From Podarcis gaigeae (lineage: Eukaryota): 64,000 nucleotides of DNA. The stretch lies in assembly GCA_964106915.2 (NCBI GenBank), contig OZ066915.1, one strand, 5' to 3'. Made by a program: the position numbers and the translations under genes. Positions 10,946 to 24,143 of this stretch are shown in pieces; position 1 is the stretch's first letter; each line of letters starts with the position of its first letter. The notes under the pieces are model-generated. The model saw only the letters and a program-made list of their open reading frames with translations, searched no databases and had not been told where the DNA came from.

Positions 10946-11235
10946 CCCCACGGCGGGGTGAGCTCCCGTCGTTCGGTCCCAGCTCCTGCCCACCTAGCAG
11001 TTCGAAAGCACTCTTAAGTGCAAGTAGATAAATAGGTACTGCTTTCTAGCGGGAAGGTAAATGGCGTTTCCGTGTGCTGCGCTGGTGCAGGCTCGCCAGC
11101 TGCAGCTTCGTCACGCTGGCCACGTGACCCGGAAGTGTCTTCAGACAGCGCCGGTTCATGGCCTCTTAAGCGAGCTGAGCACGCAACCCTAGAGTCGGAC
11201 ACGACTGGCCTGTACGGGCAGGGGTCCCTTACCTT
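10946..11235 (+). mobile_element. Sauria SINE, 5'-truncated
   Basis: Starts within the B box; 14-bp TSD TAATAGATGAGAAT at 10932-10945 and 11236-11249. Confidence 0.93.
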
Positions 11236-12157
11236 TAATAGATGAGAATTATATTGGCCCAGAGCTTTAAACACTGAATTCTAGCTCTTCCTAGCAAAGC
11301 TAACATTTTAGTGAGGCTCATGGACAGACAGACACACACACACACACACACACTCATTAAAGTATAATACATCTTTCCACACAGCCACTGTTTGGCTGAA
11401 CTAAACTGTGAACGTGGTCCATCTGTGAACCTATGGAGATGCCTAGGGTGGCACAAGCTGACACCGCAGATTTATGCTGCCTGCGGAAACATAAGACAGC
11501 AGCACATGACTTCCTGACCCATCCTGAAAAGAATGCATGTCCATGGCGAAAGTTCAAGCCTTACTCAACAGAGAAAACCACTTCTCGTTTACAAACTGCA
11601 GGAAACCCCCCAAAAAAGAGGGATCCTGATGAGGAAACATCTGCGCACTTGACACAGTTATTTGTGCAAAGGGGGTACAGTTTGCACTAGTCACTAGCAA
11701 GTCCAGATCCTGAAGCTTTGCTAGAACCCAAACAAATCTAGAAGTACAGAACGACAGTCCTCCTGTGACAATTTCTCCTAAGGAAGAACTTTCCTGTAGA
11801 AAAGACCTTTTCACTCCTTGTGCATTTAATATGTAAAACTAAAGGGTTTATATGCTACGTCAAAAAACGTGAAGTGCAAATGCAAAAACAGGTGTTTGGA
11901 ATGTGCATGCACACACACGTGAACACACATAAATGCACAGAGAGAGAGAGACAAATACATTAATCAGAATGATCAGGTAAGATGGCAGCTCCCCACTGAG
12001 TGTCCATGGCAGACTTAGTGCTGGGTCTACATAACTTGTGAAAATGATCCTAACAGGTGGAGGGACACTCACTCACCGCAGAAGAAAGAGGAAGTGCGTC
12101 ACCAAAGAAAGGAGACCTAAGAGGGCACATCTTTTCATATGCTTAGGGTCTGCAAAT

Positions 12158-12558
12158 AAACTTACGGTCTTCAAATAAAAACATCCTGAAGGTCCCAGGC
12201 CAAAAAACATCCTGAAGGTCCCAGGCCACAAAGAGGTTAGGCTGGCCTCAACTAGAGCCAGGGCCTTCTCGACTGCGCTCCAATCTGGTGGAACGCTCTG
12301 TCACAAGAGACTAGGGCCCTGCGGGACCTGACATCTTTCCGCAGGGCCTGTAAGACAGAGCTGTTCCACCAGGCCTTTGGTCAGGGCGCAGCCTGACTCC
12401 CTCCTCTGGCAATCTGCACAGAATTTTTATTTAATGGTTGTCATCTATTTGATTTTAATTAATTCTTATAATGAAATGTTTTTAGAATGTTGGATCATAT
12501 GATTGTTGTTAGCCGCCCTGAGCCCGGCTTTGGCTGGGGAGGGCGGGATATAAATAAA

Positions 12559-12618
<60 letters not shown>
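12158..12618 (+). mobile_element. Young L2 LINE 3' end with long (ATT)n tail
   Basis: ORF2 C-terminal motifs LRSSNKNILKVPG..VRLASTRARAFS and WNAL; 26-bp tandem duplication at 12177-12228; ~19 ATT units. Confidence 0.85.
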
Positions 12619-12620
<2 letters not shown>

Positions 12621-12744
12621 TAGCTATTTTTTGTGTGGATGCTGCAAATTTAGAACCAATTACTAAGACTGAGGAGAAGGACTGAGCCTGGCCTCAGTTG
12701 CCTATGCTCTGGAGACCTCCCTCTTAGACTCCATGGGGCTGACC

Positions 12745-13205
12745 TTGAAGTTGCAAAAGGCAGCTGCTAGGTTGGAAAGAAGGACAACCTGGCTGGATAA
12801 TGTGTCACCGGTCCTGACAGCTTTGCACTGGCTGCCAGTGAGCCCAGTTCAATGTGTTAGTGCTAGTAGCACCTTAAGCAGCTTGAGTCCATAGCCCCTG
12901 AAGTATGTCAAGGATCAACCATCCCAGGCCCTACAATCAGCACGGAAGCCACTTTCAGGAGACATTTTAATAAATTGATATTTACCCAGGCACTGGACTG
13001 CTAATAGATACTAACCACCGCAACCTTGAAATTAGCTAACTGTGAAGGTGATTGCTTTTAAATGTTTTTAGATTAAAACATTTCAAAACAGATATGCTTA
13101 TTTTATTTTAAATTGCACAAATTTTTAAATTTCAATATTTTGATGTCTCCGGGGCTCCTTTGGGAGGAAGGGAGGGGCACATGTTTAATAAATAAATAAA
13201 TAAAA
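12745..13205 (+). mobile_element. Old L2 LINE fragments plus 3' tail
   Basis: Degenerate LQKAAAR..VSPVLTALHWLPV; tail GGGAGGAAGGGAGGGG..(AATA)n. Confidence 0.6.
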
Positions 13206-13265
13206 TGATTGCAGGTAACTTCTGATGGTTGGCTACCTCTGATGCAGAGAGATCTCTGGCTGGTA

Positions 13266-13490
13266 CAGTCGTACCTTGTTTTGAGGCCAGGATCCATTCC
13301 GGAGCCCCAGCCCCTAGATGAAAAGGATGCAGGGCAAAGCGTCACATCTGCGTGTGGAGCAGTTTGCACTTATATGTGCACGTGAGAAGCACGATTTAGC
13401 GCTTATGTGCATGTCTGTACTTCTGTGTTTGCCGTGGACGTTCACTGGAATGGACACTAGACAAGGTGGACGCTCGCGGAGGTATTGCTG
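13266..13490. mobile_element. Tigger-like MITE, degenerate
   Basis: TA|CAGTCGTACCTT ... GAGGTATTGCTG|TA. Confidence 0.65.
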
Positions 13491-15749
13491 TATATACAAT
13501 AACAGCAGCACAATAAAAGCAAAATATGAGTCATTGTAACAGGCAACTTTTATTTTTTGTTTAAGAAAAGAAAACAGTGTTACAAAAAAGGCCACAGACA
13601 AATGTAACACCTATCAAAATCGTGCATGGTTGTGTTAGCTGCAATTTACCAGCAAAACAATGACTGCAAACCTTGAGTATATTTTTTATTACATATAACT
13701 TGTTACTGTCTTCCAGAGAATTCTAGCATGATAAAGCTGGTTCCATTTAACTCCCTCTCTTTGGCACAGTTCAATGTAGCTGACACAGGCTGCGCTGCTA
13801 AGAGATGTTGAAAAATGGAAACAGGTCAAACAGCTGCACTAAATGACCTAGTTCCTTTGCAGCCTATAATTCCAAGTGCTTGAATGGGCTGAGCAGGACC
13901 ACAGGACAGAGAGAGAACATGTGCTCTGTATGTAGAAGATCCAAACTTCAGTTCCAAGGCCTTTTGCACTTGGAGAGCTGCTGCCAGCATAGTCCTGGAG
14001 AACCTGTGGCCCCTCCAGAAACTGTTAGACTCCCATCATATCCCAATGGCTATGCTGGTTGCAACTGATGAGAGTCTGAAATGTCTAGGAGGAAACAGGT
14101 TTCCCATCCCTGAAGCACATAAATCCAGAATTATTTGATTCCATATAAAATAGCATACTGGTCAGGTCAGGAGAAAAGATAAACACTTGGAAATTACACA
14201 AGAACACCATGAAAAGTGTGCTCATGCAACATGAATGCCCAAACCATGGGCAGTCCTGTATGTACCATGCAGTTTATGACTGTGGCAATGACCAGCTCTC
14301 CCCTCCCCCCCCCCCAAATCAATCACCCTCAAATGTTCATGTTGCTGAAATTTTGGTTCTTCCTTGCATCTTTACAGAACATTTGGTTTCCATGGCATCA
14401 GATATACCGTGTGAGATTGGGCTTATATTTAGAAACTGGAACAGGGATCATGTGAGCACCCAAATAGATATGCTCGTGTTGTTATAGCAACCAACAACTT
14501 CTATCTACGATTACTCAAATCAAGATTCTTTTCAGTTGGTAGAAGAATTCACAGTTGAACAAAATGACCCTGTTAGGAATCTCAGCTCCAGAGAGCGGAC
14601 CCAGCCTGGGATGAATATTGCTTGTTTTGCCAATGTTGAAGACAAGCAACAGAAACAGAAGCCTGGCATTGCTGCAGTGTTTATGACTGGGTGGCATTCA
14701 GCAGCTGAACAGTTGGAGAGAACCCAAGAGGAGCAAACATGATGGCGCAGCTTAGCCCCTGATGACCCTTTCAAGAGTCACTTGCCCAAATGAATGAGAG
14801 ATGTACCAAGCCCAGACTGCACATACCACTCTCGCCACAAACACACTCTATGGCGTTAGCAGGACACCTCTAAAGGGCTTTGTTGCCCTCTTGAGCTCTG
14901 GAGAATAGGCTCGTTGTTGGTTGATTTTCAGCAGTTCTTGGACTGTCAGAGTCACAAGGCAGAGAGACCAGGGCAGCTGCAAAGTGAGAGCTCTAAGACT
15001 TGCGTCACACGCTCAGGGAGTCCACAGCATCACCCAACAGGGGGCACATCCAGGCTTCATAAGCCGGGGTTGATCAACTTAACCTGGATCTGGAGACCTG
15101 CAGTTAGATGCACATGGCTTTCTATATGGTCCTCTTCAGTAACTGAATGGACGCTAAACTAAGCCTGCATTTATAACAAACACACTCAATCGCAAGCCCA
15201 AATGCCAGAGCTTTCAAAGGCCCTCCAAGTCCCTGGAGACTAACAGGGCTTTGTTCCACTTCAAGTTTTCTTTACCTGCAGCCTTTCCTCAGGACTTTTC
15301 CAGATTTTCATTTCTTTGGGTGCTAACTTTTCGTTTCTTGCCAGTGCTGGTGCAAAACATGGCAAAACAAGGCCAACTATTTCACATTGCTGCATGGCAG
15401 GGCCAACCCTCTCTCGCACGAGTTTGTTGCAGCAGATGCCACCAGGCCAACAGCCTATGCAGCACAGAACACTGCAGCACAGTGCTCTGCTGTGTGTGGA
15501 AGCACCCCCTATTTTGCAGATAAAGTGTAAGAGTGCTTGCTTGCCGCCCATTGTCTGTAGGCTATTTTCCCTCAAGTTTTGGCACACAGAGTGAAAGTGG
15601 TTAAGGAATGGCAAGCAGCTGTACAGTTCCTCTACTGAGAGTCCCACACATTGCTGTGGAAGACGTGTGGACATATTCTACCAATGATGAGGTACAGCTG
15701 GGGCGTTATTGATCTGCTTAAGCTAGAGGTGGGCAACCTGTGTCCCAGT

Positions 15750-15935
15750 TTAGGCTGTGCCCACACTATACCTTTAAAGCACACTCAAAACACATTCCCT
15801 CCCCTCATAGAACTCTGGGCACCGCAGTTTGTTAAGGGTCGCTATGAATTGTAATGCTGTGAAGGGAAGGCCAAACAACAATGCCCAGAATTCTTTGAGG
15901 AAAAGAATGTGTTTTGAATGTGCTTCAAAGCTACA
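15750..15935. mobile_element. Palindromic MITE family member
   Basis: TTTAAAGCACACTCAAAACACATT ... AATGTGTTTTGAATGTGCTTCAAAG inverted arms. Relatives near 26750-26920 and 61665-61855. Confidence 0.6.
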
Positions 15936-18900
15936 ATTTGTGTGCACTGCTAGTGCACACAGGAGCAGAGACCCCTTAGGGAGAGGAGAGGGAAGTCGTG
16001 GAGGGCTAGAAAGAGGGGGAGAGCAAAGTCCTCTGCAAGGAATAAGACTCCTGACAAGAGCAACCTGTCCCTCAACACACAGCCTGCTGCGTAGGGAAGG
16101 AGAGAGAGAACATAGCAGTAAAAGAGAAGACAGATAGCCAAAAGAGAGAAAATAGAGTGGCCCAGTATGTGGCCCCCAACAAATTGCCCTTTAAAGAATG
16201 TGACCTTCAGCATAAAAAGATTCCTTATGCCTGACTAAAGCCCTGAGGCTGCTGTAACAGGGAAGAGCCAGGCATCACCAAATCTACATCCAGCTTCTCT
16301 GGAGGCAAAGGTGAACCCAACCTATGTCTCCCTTCCACAGATTAGGCCAAGACACAAAGATGGATGAGTGTGAATAGGAAGTTAAGAGTCAAGTTATTGG
16401 TGTTGCTTGGAATTTCAGATTCTCCACTCCGGTTGTCTGTGTATCTAAACAAAACTGGGAACCCCAACAGGAAAGAGTTGCATAAGATTAAACTTTGATA
16501 CAACCGGCCCTCCAGAGAAAAGAACCAGATGCAGAGGTGAGTCTCGAGAGTCCACTTTCTGTGAAACAGCATTTGCCTCTAAAGCACTGTATGCTTGGAG
16601 GAGCCTGGTTTTTATATACATTTCATCCAGCAATATGCAAAGACATTTCATATGCAAGACTTCACCCCCACATTTTATTTTATTTTAAGGATCTCTCAGT
16701 TGTGCAACAGTGCATACACAAATTTGGTTTTATGCGCATCAAAAATCCATATGAAAACACTAAAAGTGGCTTGGAAGCACAGTATATAGAGGAAAGGCGG
16801 TTTGTTTGCACAATAAAGACAGGTGATCAATTCAGGGCTGCCTCTTTTGAGAGATAAGCCTGATAAGCACAATATATCTATTGCAGGTCTATACCTTTTC
16901 AGACGGTAGGTAGAGATTGAAAGCTGGGAAGGATTCAGTAACCTAGGCTACCCCTTACTTAGCATGCTTGCAGTTCTGTCCAAAGAAACATTTTAGCACC
17001 CACCTGCACTCCAGACTCAAACTTACTTCCACATCTACTGTTCGTGAGAACGAGGTCAGCAGCAACACAAGCCTCAAGCAAGAGCACAAATGGAATCTGA
17101 ATGGCTGCAGAGGGCCTGCTTCTTTCTGCCCCAGCCAGCAGTGCTTTGCTGTGCAACTGCTCTCTTTCTCACCCTGTAGTAGCCCTTATTAAAGGAAGGG
17201 TCTTCCGTCTTCCTCCTCCCTCCCTCCTTCCTTGGTCTGCCTAAGAAGATTGCCAACTGCTTCCCTCATTTGACTGTGCCACTGGGGAAGTGGAGTGGAG
17301 AAGAAAAAGCTGAGCAGTTTTCTATTTGCTTGCTTGCAAGAGAAAGTAAATTGGGGTGGGTGTTGGGGGAGAAGAGAATATGGAGAAGGAATTATCCATC
17401 ACCTTAAAACAGGGTAGGTTTAAGAGGCAGCTGCCTACCTTCCAATATTTTACAGAGGAAATGCAGTGACACTTCTGTGCATGAGCGGGTGGGTTTGGAG
17501 GGCAGAGTCGAGCAAGCAGCACAGCCTAATGGCCCATGGCAGAGCTCATAATCAAGATTCAAAAGTGCCAGAAGCAGAAAGCGGAGGAAACTAGAGGTTC
17601 ATGCAAGCCAATGGCTCCAGATGACAAAAGCAATGAGGCAAGCGACAGCTTTCAAAATTCCTTGTACTATGCAAGTCTCCCCTTTTAAGCCCCCCCCCCC
17701 CAATATTTTCCAAGTCTCCCCACACTTCCTCCTTAATTTTCTGAGATCAGTAACTTAAAGAAGGAGGGAGAAGGCTTGACCAAGGCTTTAAGGCAGCCCC
17801 CACGCTGGAGGCTCAAACAAGAACACAGGACTTCTCTGCAAATGCACAAGCAAGCTACTTCAAAGAGAGCTTTTGCACAGGCGTTTAATTCCCACTCAGC
17901 CAACAAGGAAGAATTAAATCCTGCTACCTTGGCTGCCAATGCAGGATTCAAACCTGTCCTTCCACCCATCAGCAGACGTCACCAGTGACATAAGCTGATG
18001 GGTAGGTGGCCATGGTTTGGGGAAAATGGCCTCGTGGGTTGTCCTGTGGGCTGGAGGAAACCCACTCCTGCTATAAGGTAAAACAGTGTCTAGAATAGAG
18101 TTCTACATACAAGCTTGTTTCTTTAAGGCTTCAGCTTCAACTGAACAGACATGTGTATGGCACAAAAAGACAACAGGGAAGGCACCACTTGTTTAAAATC
18201 GTGGTGACTAGATGAGACAAACTAGATGTCTGTCCTGGATGAATTTTGAGTGCGACAACTGATACGCAACGGGATTCACTGCTGTGTGAGCTGGAGAAGA
18301 AGGGGACCAGAGGAAGAATCGTTAAGAACACAACAGCCTACTTTCAGGTTATAATGCTGCTGTAAGAGGAAGTCAGAATTTCCCCTCCCCAATTCATACA
18401 CAATTGTGGCCCCAATATGGAGAGGATTCCAAATAATATGACAACTCTTATCTATTTAACCCCTATGGCAAACATCCCAGTCTACGTGAACAATGAGCTT
18501 CAGGTTACCATCCTAAACCTACTTTATTAGTGAGTGAGTTGTGGACTTACTTCTGGGGAAACACGCACAGGATTGCACTGTCTAGAAGTGCTGCCTTTTG
18601 CGAGACTTTGTGAAACTGAATTCCATATGGGAATTCCATAGCTACCCCAAACTGCCGGGGTTAACAACTCTCCTTTATATGATTACTGTTTCTGAGAAAC
18701 AAGCAGAAATTGTTTCCAGATTTTCACAGGGGTTCATGATTTTCTTTCAATTTACTTTAGCATTTGATTTGATCCTTGGGTGTATAAACAAAATGACAGG
18801 ACGAAGCCCATTCACGGTTTATTATCGGAAGGCAGCTGATCATGAACGCAAATCCCAAGTGTGTCAACAGCCCTGACAGGTGGGAAAGGCGAAGTGGAAG

Positions 18901-19749
18901 CCCTGTCATGTTCAGTGATTTTTGGCTTCAGTTTAGCTTCCATAAATGCAATGGCGAAGTTTGCAACCAAAAAAGAAAAGAAAAGAAAAAAGCCGCAGCA
19001 GAAAATTCACAGGAGTCAGCAAGAGTTCAGAAACTAAAAGAGCTATTTTTAGATCTTGGTGAGAAAATTTTAATGTGATTACCCCTCAAATGTCAAAAGG
19101 GATTCCTGGGAGATCAATATATACGATACAGCTGCCAAAAAACCATAATAGTGAAGCTGAAGGAGTCTGGGAGAGTGACTGAACCTTTGGTTCCTTTGAA
19201 ACAAAAAGGGCAGGCACAACACATAATTAAGAGGAAGTTTCCTCATGTTGTTGTTTTAAGTAACTAACATTGCCTAATGCAACTAAAAAAAGTGAGTAGT
19301 CTCATTTTTTTACATTTTCCCATACTTCTTGTCCCTGCAACATAGTTGCACATAAATTGAAACTCCCCGTAATTTGGGAAGTGGGAGTTGCAAGAAAAAT
19401 GGGATTCAAGCCCCAGGCTTCTAGGCTTCAGAGTGCCTTTGATGAAGTCATGGCCCAAAGATGTCTACACCTACTGCATGCTTTCCTTTCTAGCACAAAA
19501 CAGGATAAAGTATGCAAATCAAGAATGCGAAGCACACCCTTGTCCTGCTCACACTGAACTAATTACTGGTGCCTGGAGGCGGGGGGGCGGGTCCAGGGAA
19601 GTCCAATTCACACTGGGTATGGGCATTGGCTTCATGAAGATCTTGGCCCCTCAAGTAAATGTGTGTTGCATCCAAGTTGGCTAGACATCGTGAGTTGCAG
19701 CCATGCTATAATCACCCAATTCCCTAATCACTCATGGTATCTAATAAAA

Positions 19750-20062
19750 AAGGTAAAGGACCCCTGACAGTTAAGTCCAGTCGCGAACGACTCTGGGGTT
19801 GCGGCACTCATCTCGCTTTACTGGCCGAAGGAGCCGACATTTGTTCACAGACAGTTTTTCCGGGTCATGACTAAGCCACTTCTGGCGAAACCAGAGCAGT
19901 GCACGGAAACGCCGTTTACCTTCCCGCCGGGGTGGTACCTATTTATCTACTTGCACTTTGATGTGCTTTTGAACTGCTAGGTTGGCAGGAGCTGGGACCG
20001 ATCAACGGGAGCTCACCCCGTTGCGGGGATTCGAACCACCAACCTTCTGATCGACAAACCCT
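19750..20062 (-). mobile_element. Sauria SINE, slightly 5'-truncated
   Basis: Core AAGTGCAAGTAGATAAATAGGTACC and 3' end GACTTAACTGTCAGGGGTCCTTTACC. Confidence 0.92.
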
Positions 20063-20469
20063 GTAAGATGACACAAATCTACTGACCTCAGTCAGGCCCT
20101 CTAGAATTTAGGATGATACGTTATACCTGTGGTGAAGTGAACTGCAGTTGGCAAAAAGTGTATGGCACAATGAATTTGCTCCATCTTAAGACTCTGTTGT
20201 TTTTGCTGTAACAGACTGCCCCTTGGAACAAACTGTGTCAAAAGTAGTTTCTAGTCACTGCCTTCCTTACATCTGTCCATTGATTTGGTAGAGAAAAATA
20301 ATACTTTAAACTCTATGTTACACTTCACCCTTCACTCTGATGTTGCAGCTACTGACCCATAAGGCAGAGGTGTGCTAATGGATGTTACTTCTTTTTGTAC
20401 CATAGAATAGAATAAAAACTTTATTCCCCTCAGCCAATGGCCCTAGCAACAAGAGAACATTACAATATA

Positions 20470-20695
20470 CAGTGGTACCTTGGGTTAAGAACTTAATTCA
20501 TTCTGGAGCTCCATTCTTAACCTGAAACTGTTCTTAACCTGAGATACCACTTTAGCTAATGGGGCCTCCCACTGCCGCCGCGCCACCACCGCACAATTTC
20601 TGTTCTCATCCTGAAGCAAAGTTCTTAACCTGAGGTACTATTTCTGGGTTAGCAGAGTCTGTAACCTGAAGTGTATGTAACCCAAGTTACCACTG
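20470..20695. mobile_element. Tigger-like MITE (~230-bp family)
   Basis: TA|CAGTGGTACCTTGGGTTA ... TAACCCAAGTTACCACTG|TA; internal TAACCTGA repeats. Confidence 0.9.
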
Positions 20696-20948
20696 TACCT
20701 ACATGAAGGGCAGAGCAGCCTGCTGTACTATCCCTCTGAGCTTTAAATTAAGTTTCCCATTTTTGAACTCATGTATTTCCTGCAGAAATTTGCATTATTG
20801 GTGGATTCTTTTAACATATAAAAACATTTTGGTTTGCATCTGAATATGATGGTTATACAAGCTAGGAGCATAATGCAGCTCACATGAACTGTAGAATGAT
20901 AACTGCTTAGGGACAAGAGACAAATTTCTGCTTGGCTCTTTCTGTATA

Positions 20949-21190
20949 CAGTGGTACCTCGGGTTAAGTACTTAATTTGTTCCGGAGGTCCGTTCTTAAC
21001 CTGAAACTGTTCTTAACCTGAAGCACCACTTTAGCTAATGGGGCCTCCTGCTGCCGCTGCGCCACCAGAGCACAATTTCTGTTCTCATCTTGAAGCAAAG
21101 TTCTTAACCTGAAGCACTATTTCTGGGTTAGTGGAGTCTGTAACCTGAAGCGAATGTAACCTGAAGCGTATGTAACCCACGGTACCACTG
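20949..21190. mobile_element. Tigger-like MITE (~230-bp family)
   Basis: TA|CAGTGGTACCTCGGGTTA ... TAACCCACGGTACCACTG|TA. Confidence 0.92.
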
Positions 21191-22563
21191 TATACACAAG
21201 GATATCATTAAACAACATTACATCCTTGAAGGTTGAAGGGCCTGCAATCCTATGCAGCAATCTGAGTTTTTTTGCCCGGGGTGGTGGTGGTGATCCTATA
21301 CAAATTAGGCTAATGTGAATTGCATTGGAAAATCTCCAGATACGCTAGAAAGTGTGATGTAATTTAGTATGTTTCTTTTACTCGTGATTTGTAAACAAAG
21401 CTTTAAAAGTACCCCATGTTAACATTTTGTCCCAGTACTCCTGGAATATTTGGCGGGGGAAATTAAAGAAAGCTTAATATGATTTGAATGTTATACTATG
21501 TCAAAATGTTTTTGTAGTACTTGTAAATAATTAAAGGCAATGCTTGGGAGAACTGGCAGAAAAACATTAATTGCACTGCCAAGCTTGCCTAATTTTGTAT
21601 TTGCAAAGGGCATTCAATCATTTGTTACTAACGAACTTATGAAACAGAAAATTTTCCATGGAACAATAAAGCACTGGAAAAGATATCCCATCTTGGCAAA
21701 TCTTTTGCCCAACATCACTGATCCTATGCACTCTTATTTACTTCTGAGTAACCATACACAGAATGCAGCTAAGTCTAGGATTTTTCAGAGGCACAAGCTG
21801 ACAGTTACTAGGGGAAAATATGGTGCCTCTATAAAATGGAATGTTAGTATCTCTGCTGCTCAGTTGGTAGAGTCATATTTATTTATTACTAGTATTTTTC
21901 TCTGCTTCTGTCAGTCTGAAGACTATCGGAGCAGCTCATAATATTAACTCATAAGAATTTATAATTTGCAACTGAATGCACTGCAGAGCTCAGGTAATTG
22001 GAAGGCATAAAATAGTGCAAGATCACCTACATGGGCTCAGTAGAGTATCCTGGCATGGTATACTCTCATGCTTCTGCTGAAGTGCCTGGGAAGAAGCCCA
22101 CGGCAATGAAGACAATTCATGAACTAAGTCTTCACATGGGAGTAAGCCTTAAACAAGTGGTACTTACTACTGAGTGCACATATAGAGAACTGTGCTGTTA
22201 CTGTATAAAGTATTATGCTGCCCTAGGCTCTTTTGGGAGGAAGAGCAGGTTGTAAATTCAACAAATAAATAAATAATACAATGCTAAAGGCAGCCATCCT
22301 AAAGTCAGCCAAAGGCTGGCTGAGCGACTATTGGAAGTAGATTAAATACCCCACTGCCAGGTCCAGAGGGAGACCAGCCAGCTAGGCAGCACCTACAACC
22401 ACAGAAAGCTTGGGGGGGGGGGGAGTACATACAAGCAAAGAGCATGTTATGTCTGGCCAAGAATCCATTGCTCAGCCTGGTTGTAATCCCATACCCACCT
22501 ACTTGACTGAACTAAGTGGGACTAATTCTGAATAAATATTTAAAGCACTATACCGCTAACCTC

Positions 22564-23040
22564 CTTGCCAACAAAGGTCCGTATAGTTAAAGCTATGGTT
22601 TTCCCAGTAGTGATGTATGGAAGTGACAGCTGGACCATAAAGAAGGTTGATCGCCGAAGAATTGATGCTTTTGAATTATGGTGCTGGAGGAGACTCTTGT
22701 GAGCCCCATGGACTGCAAGAAGATCAAACCTATCCATTCTTAAGGAAATCAGCCCTGAGTGCTCACTGGAAGGACAGATCGTGAAGCTGAGGCTCCAATA
22801 CTTTGGCCACCTCATGAGAAGAGAAGACTCCCTCGAAAAGACCCTGATGTTGGGAAAGATGGAGGGCACAAGGAGAAGGGAACGACAGAGGATGAGATGG
22901 TTGGACAGTGTTCTTGAAGCTACCAGCATGAGTTTGACTAAACTGCGGGGGGCAGTGGAAGACAGAAGTGCCTGGCGTGCTCTGGTCCATGGGGTCACGA
23001 AGAGTCGGACATGACTAAACAACTAAGCAACAACAAAACT
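22564..23040 (+). mobile_element. Bov-B (RTE) LINE 3' fragment
   Basis: LPTKVRIVKAMVFPVVMYG..WTIKK..RRIDAFELWCWRRLL*..KLRLQYFGHLMRREDSLEKTLMLGK..RWLD..AWRALVHGVTKSRT; (CAA)n tail; 9-bp repeat GCTAACCTC at 22555-22563 and 23041-23049. Confidence 0.95.
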
Positions 23041-23829
23041 GCTAACCTCAGAAGGTCGTCACCCCCTACGCCCCATGATTCTCTTTCTTTCTATGTGACA
23101 GAAGCTGTTTGATAGATGTTCATGATTCAGCTTAAGATATTGTGTATATAGGCCTTTATACCCTTGGATTTTAAATTTTAAACCAGAATTTGCTCCCCCT
23201 CCTGTGTCTCTCCTTCTGAACCCCTGACAAGTACATACTCAGGAGTATATCCTCTCAAATACATCTTATTTCTAAAGAGTGAATGCATTGAAAAGTGCTA
23301 TGTTTGAGTACTGATGTTACACTCACACCATAGCATGAAGTATGTTCAACTTCCTGAACTTCAGGAGGACAGAGAACAACTTATGACACAACAAAAATAA
23401 CTAAATAGGAACGTGATTATGAACACATCACTCAGAAGGCAAAGTCACCACATAGTGAGGTAAAATATGCATGGTTCTGGGGGTTCTTAATCAACATTTT
23501 ATAAGTCAAATCAGTGGTTTTCAACCAGTGTGCCATGGCACCTTGGGGTGCCTTGAATGATGGTCAGGGATGCTGTGGACAACACTGGCCTCTGTCCCTC
23601 TTTCCTTCCCTCCCTCCTCTGAGGTCCTCTAGTGTCTCTGCCTCCCCAAAACTAGTGCAGCTGTTTGTTGCAGCAACCCTGGCTACAAGCTCCCCAGGCA
23701 AATGATGCCTCTGGGGCTGACCAGGGTGTGCCAGTTTGCAGGAGCTGTAGTGGCCTTGGAGTAAGCAAGAAAGCGGGTGAGGGAGCCCAGCTTGCCAACC
23801 CTTGCTGTTGGGAATTGACAGACAAGTCC

Positions 23830-23880
23830 CAGGCCAACCTCTGCTTAAAAGCTCCAATGAAGGGGAGTCCACCACTGTTC
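23830..23880 (-). mobile_element. CR1 LINE 3' fragment
   Basis: GTGGTGGACTCCCCTTCATTGGAGCTTTTAAGCAGAGGTTGG resembles the CR1 VVDSPSLE.FKQRL segment (with an indel). Confidence 0.6.
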
Positions 23881-23924
23881 CTGCCTGGAGATCTCATAAT
23901 ACTGATTTCACACATATACAACTA

Positions 23925-24143
23925 CAGTGGTACCTCGGGTTAAGTACTTAATTCGTTACGGAGGTCCATTTTTAACCTGAAAGTGTTCTTAACCTAAAGC
24001 ACCACTTTAGCTAATAGAGCCTCCCGCTGCTGCCACACCACCGGAGCATGATTTCTGTTCTCATGCTGAAGCAAAGTTCTTAACCTGAAGCACTATTTCT
24101 GGGTTAGCGGAGTCTGTAGCGTATGTAACCCGAGGTAGCACTG
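23925..24143. mobile_element. Tigger-like MITE (~230-bp family)
   Basis: TA|CAGTGGTACCTCGGGTTA ... TAACCCGAGGTAGCACTG|TA. Confidence 0.92.

Noticed and set aside
22540-23022. 160-aa minus-strand ORF
   Set aside because: Antisense shadow of Bov-B ORF2.
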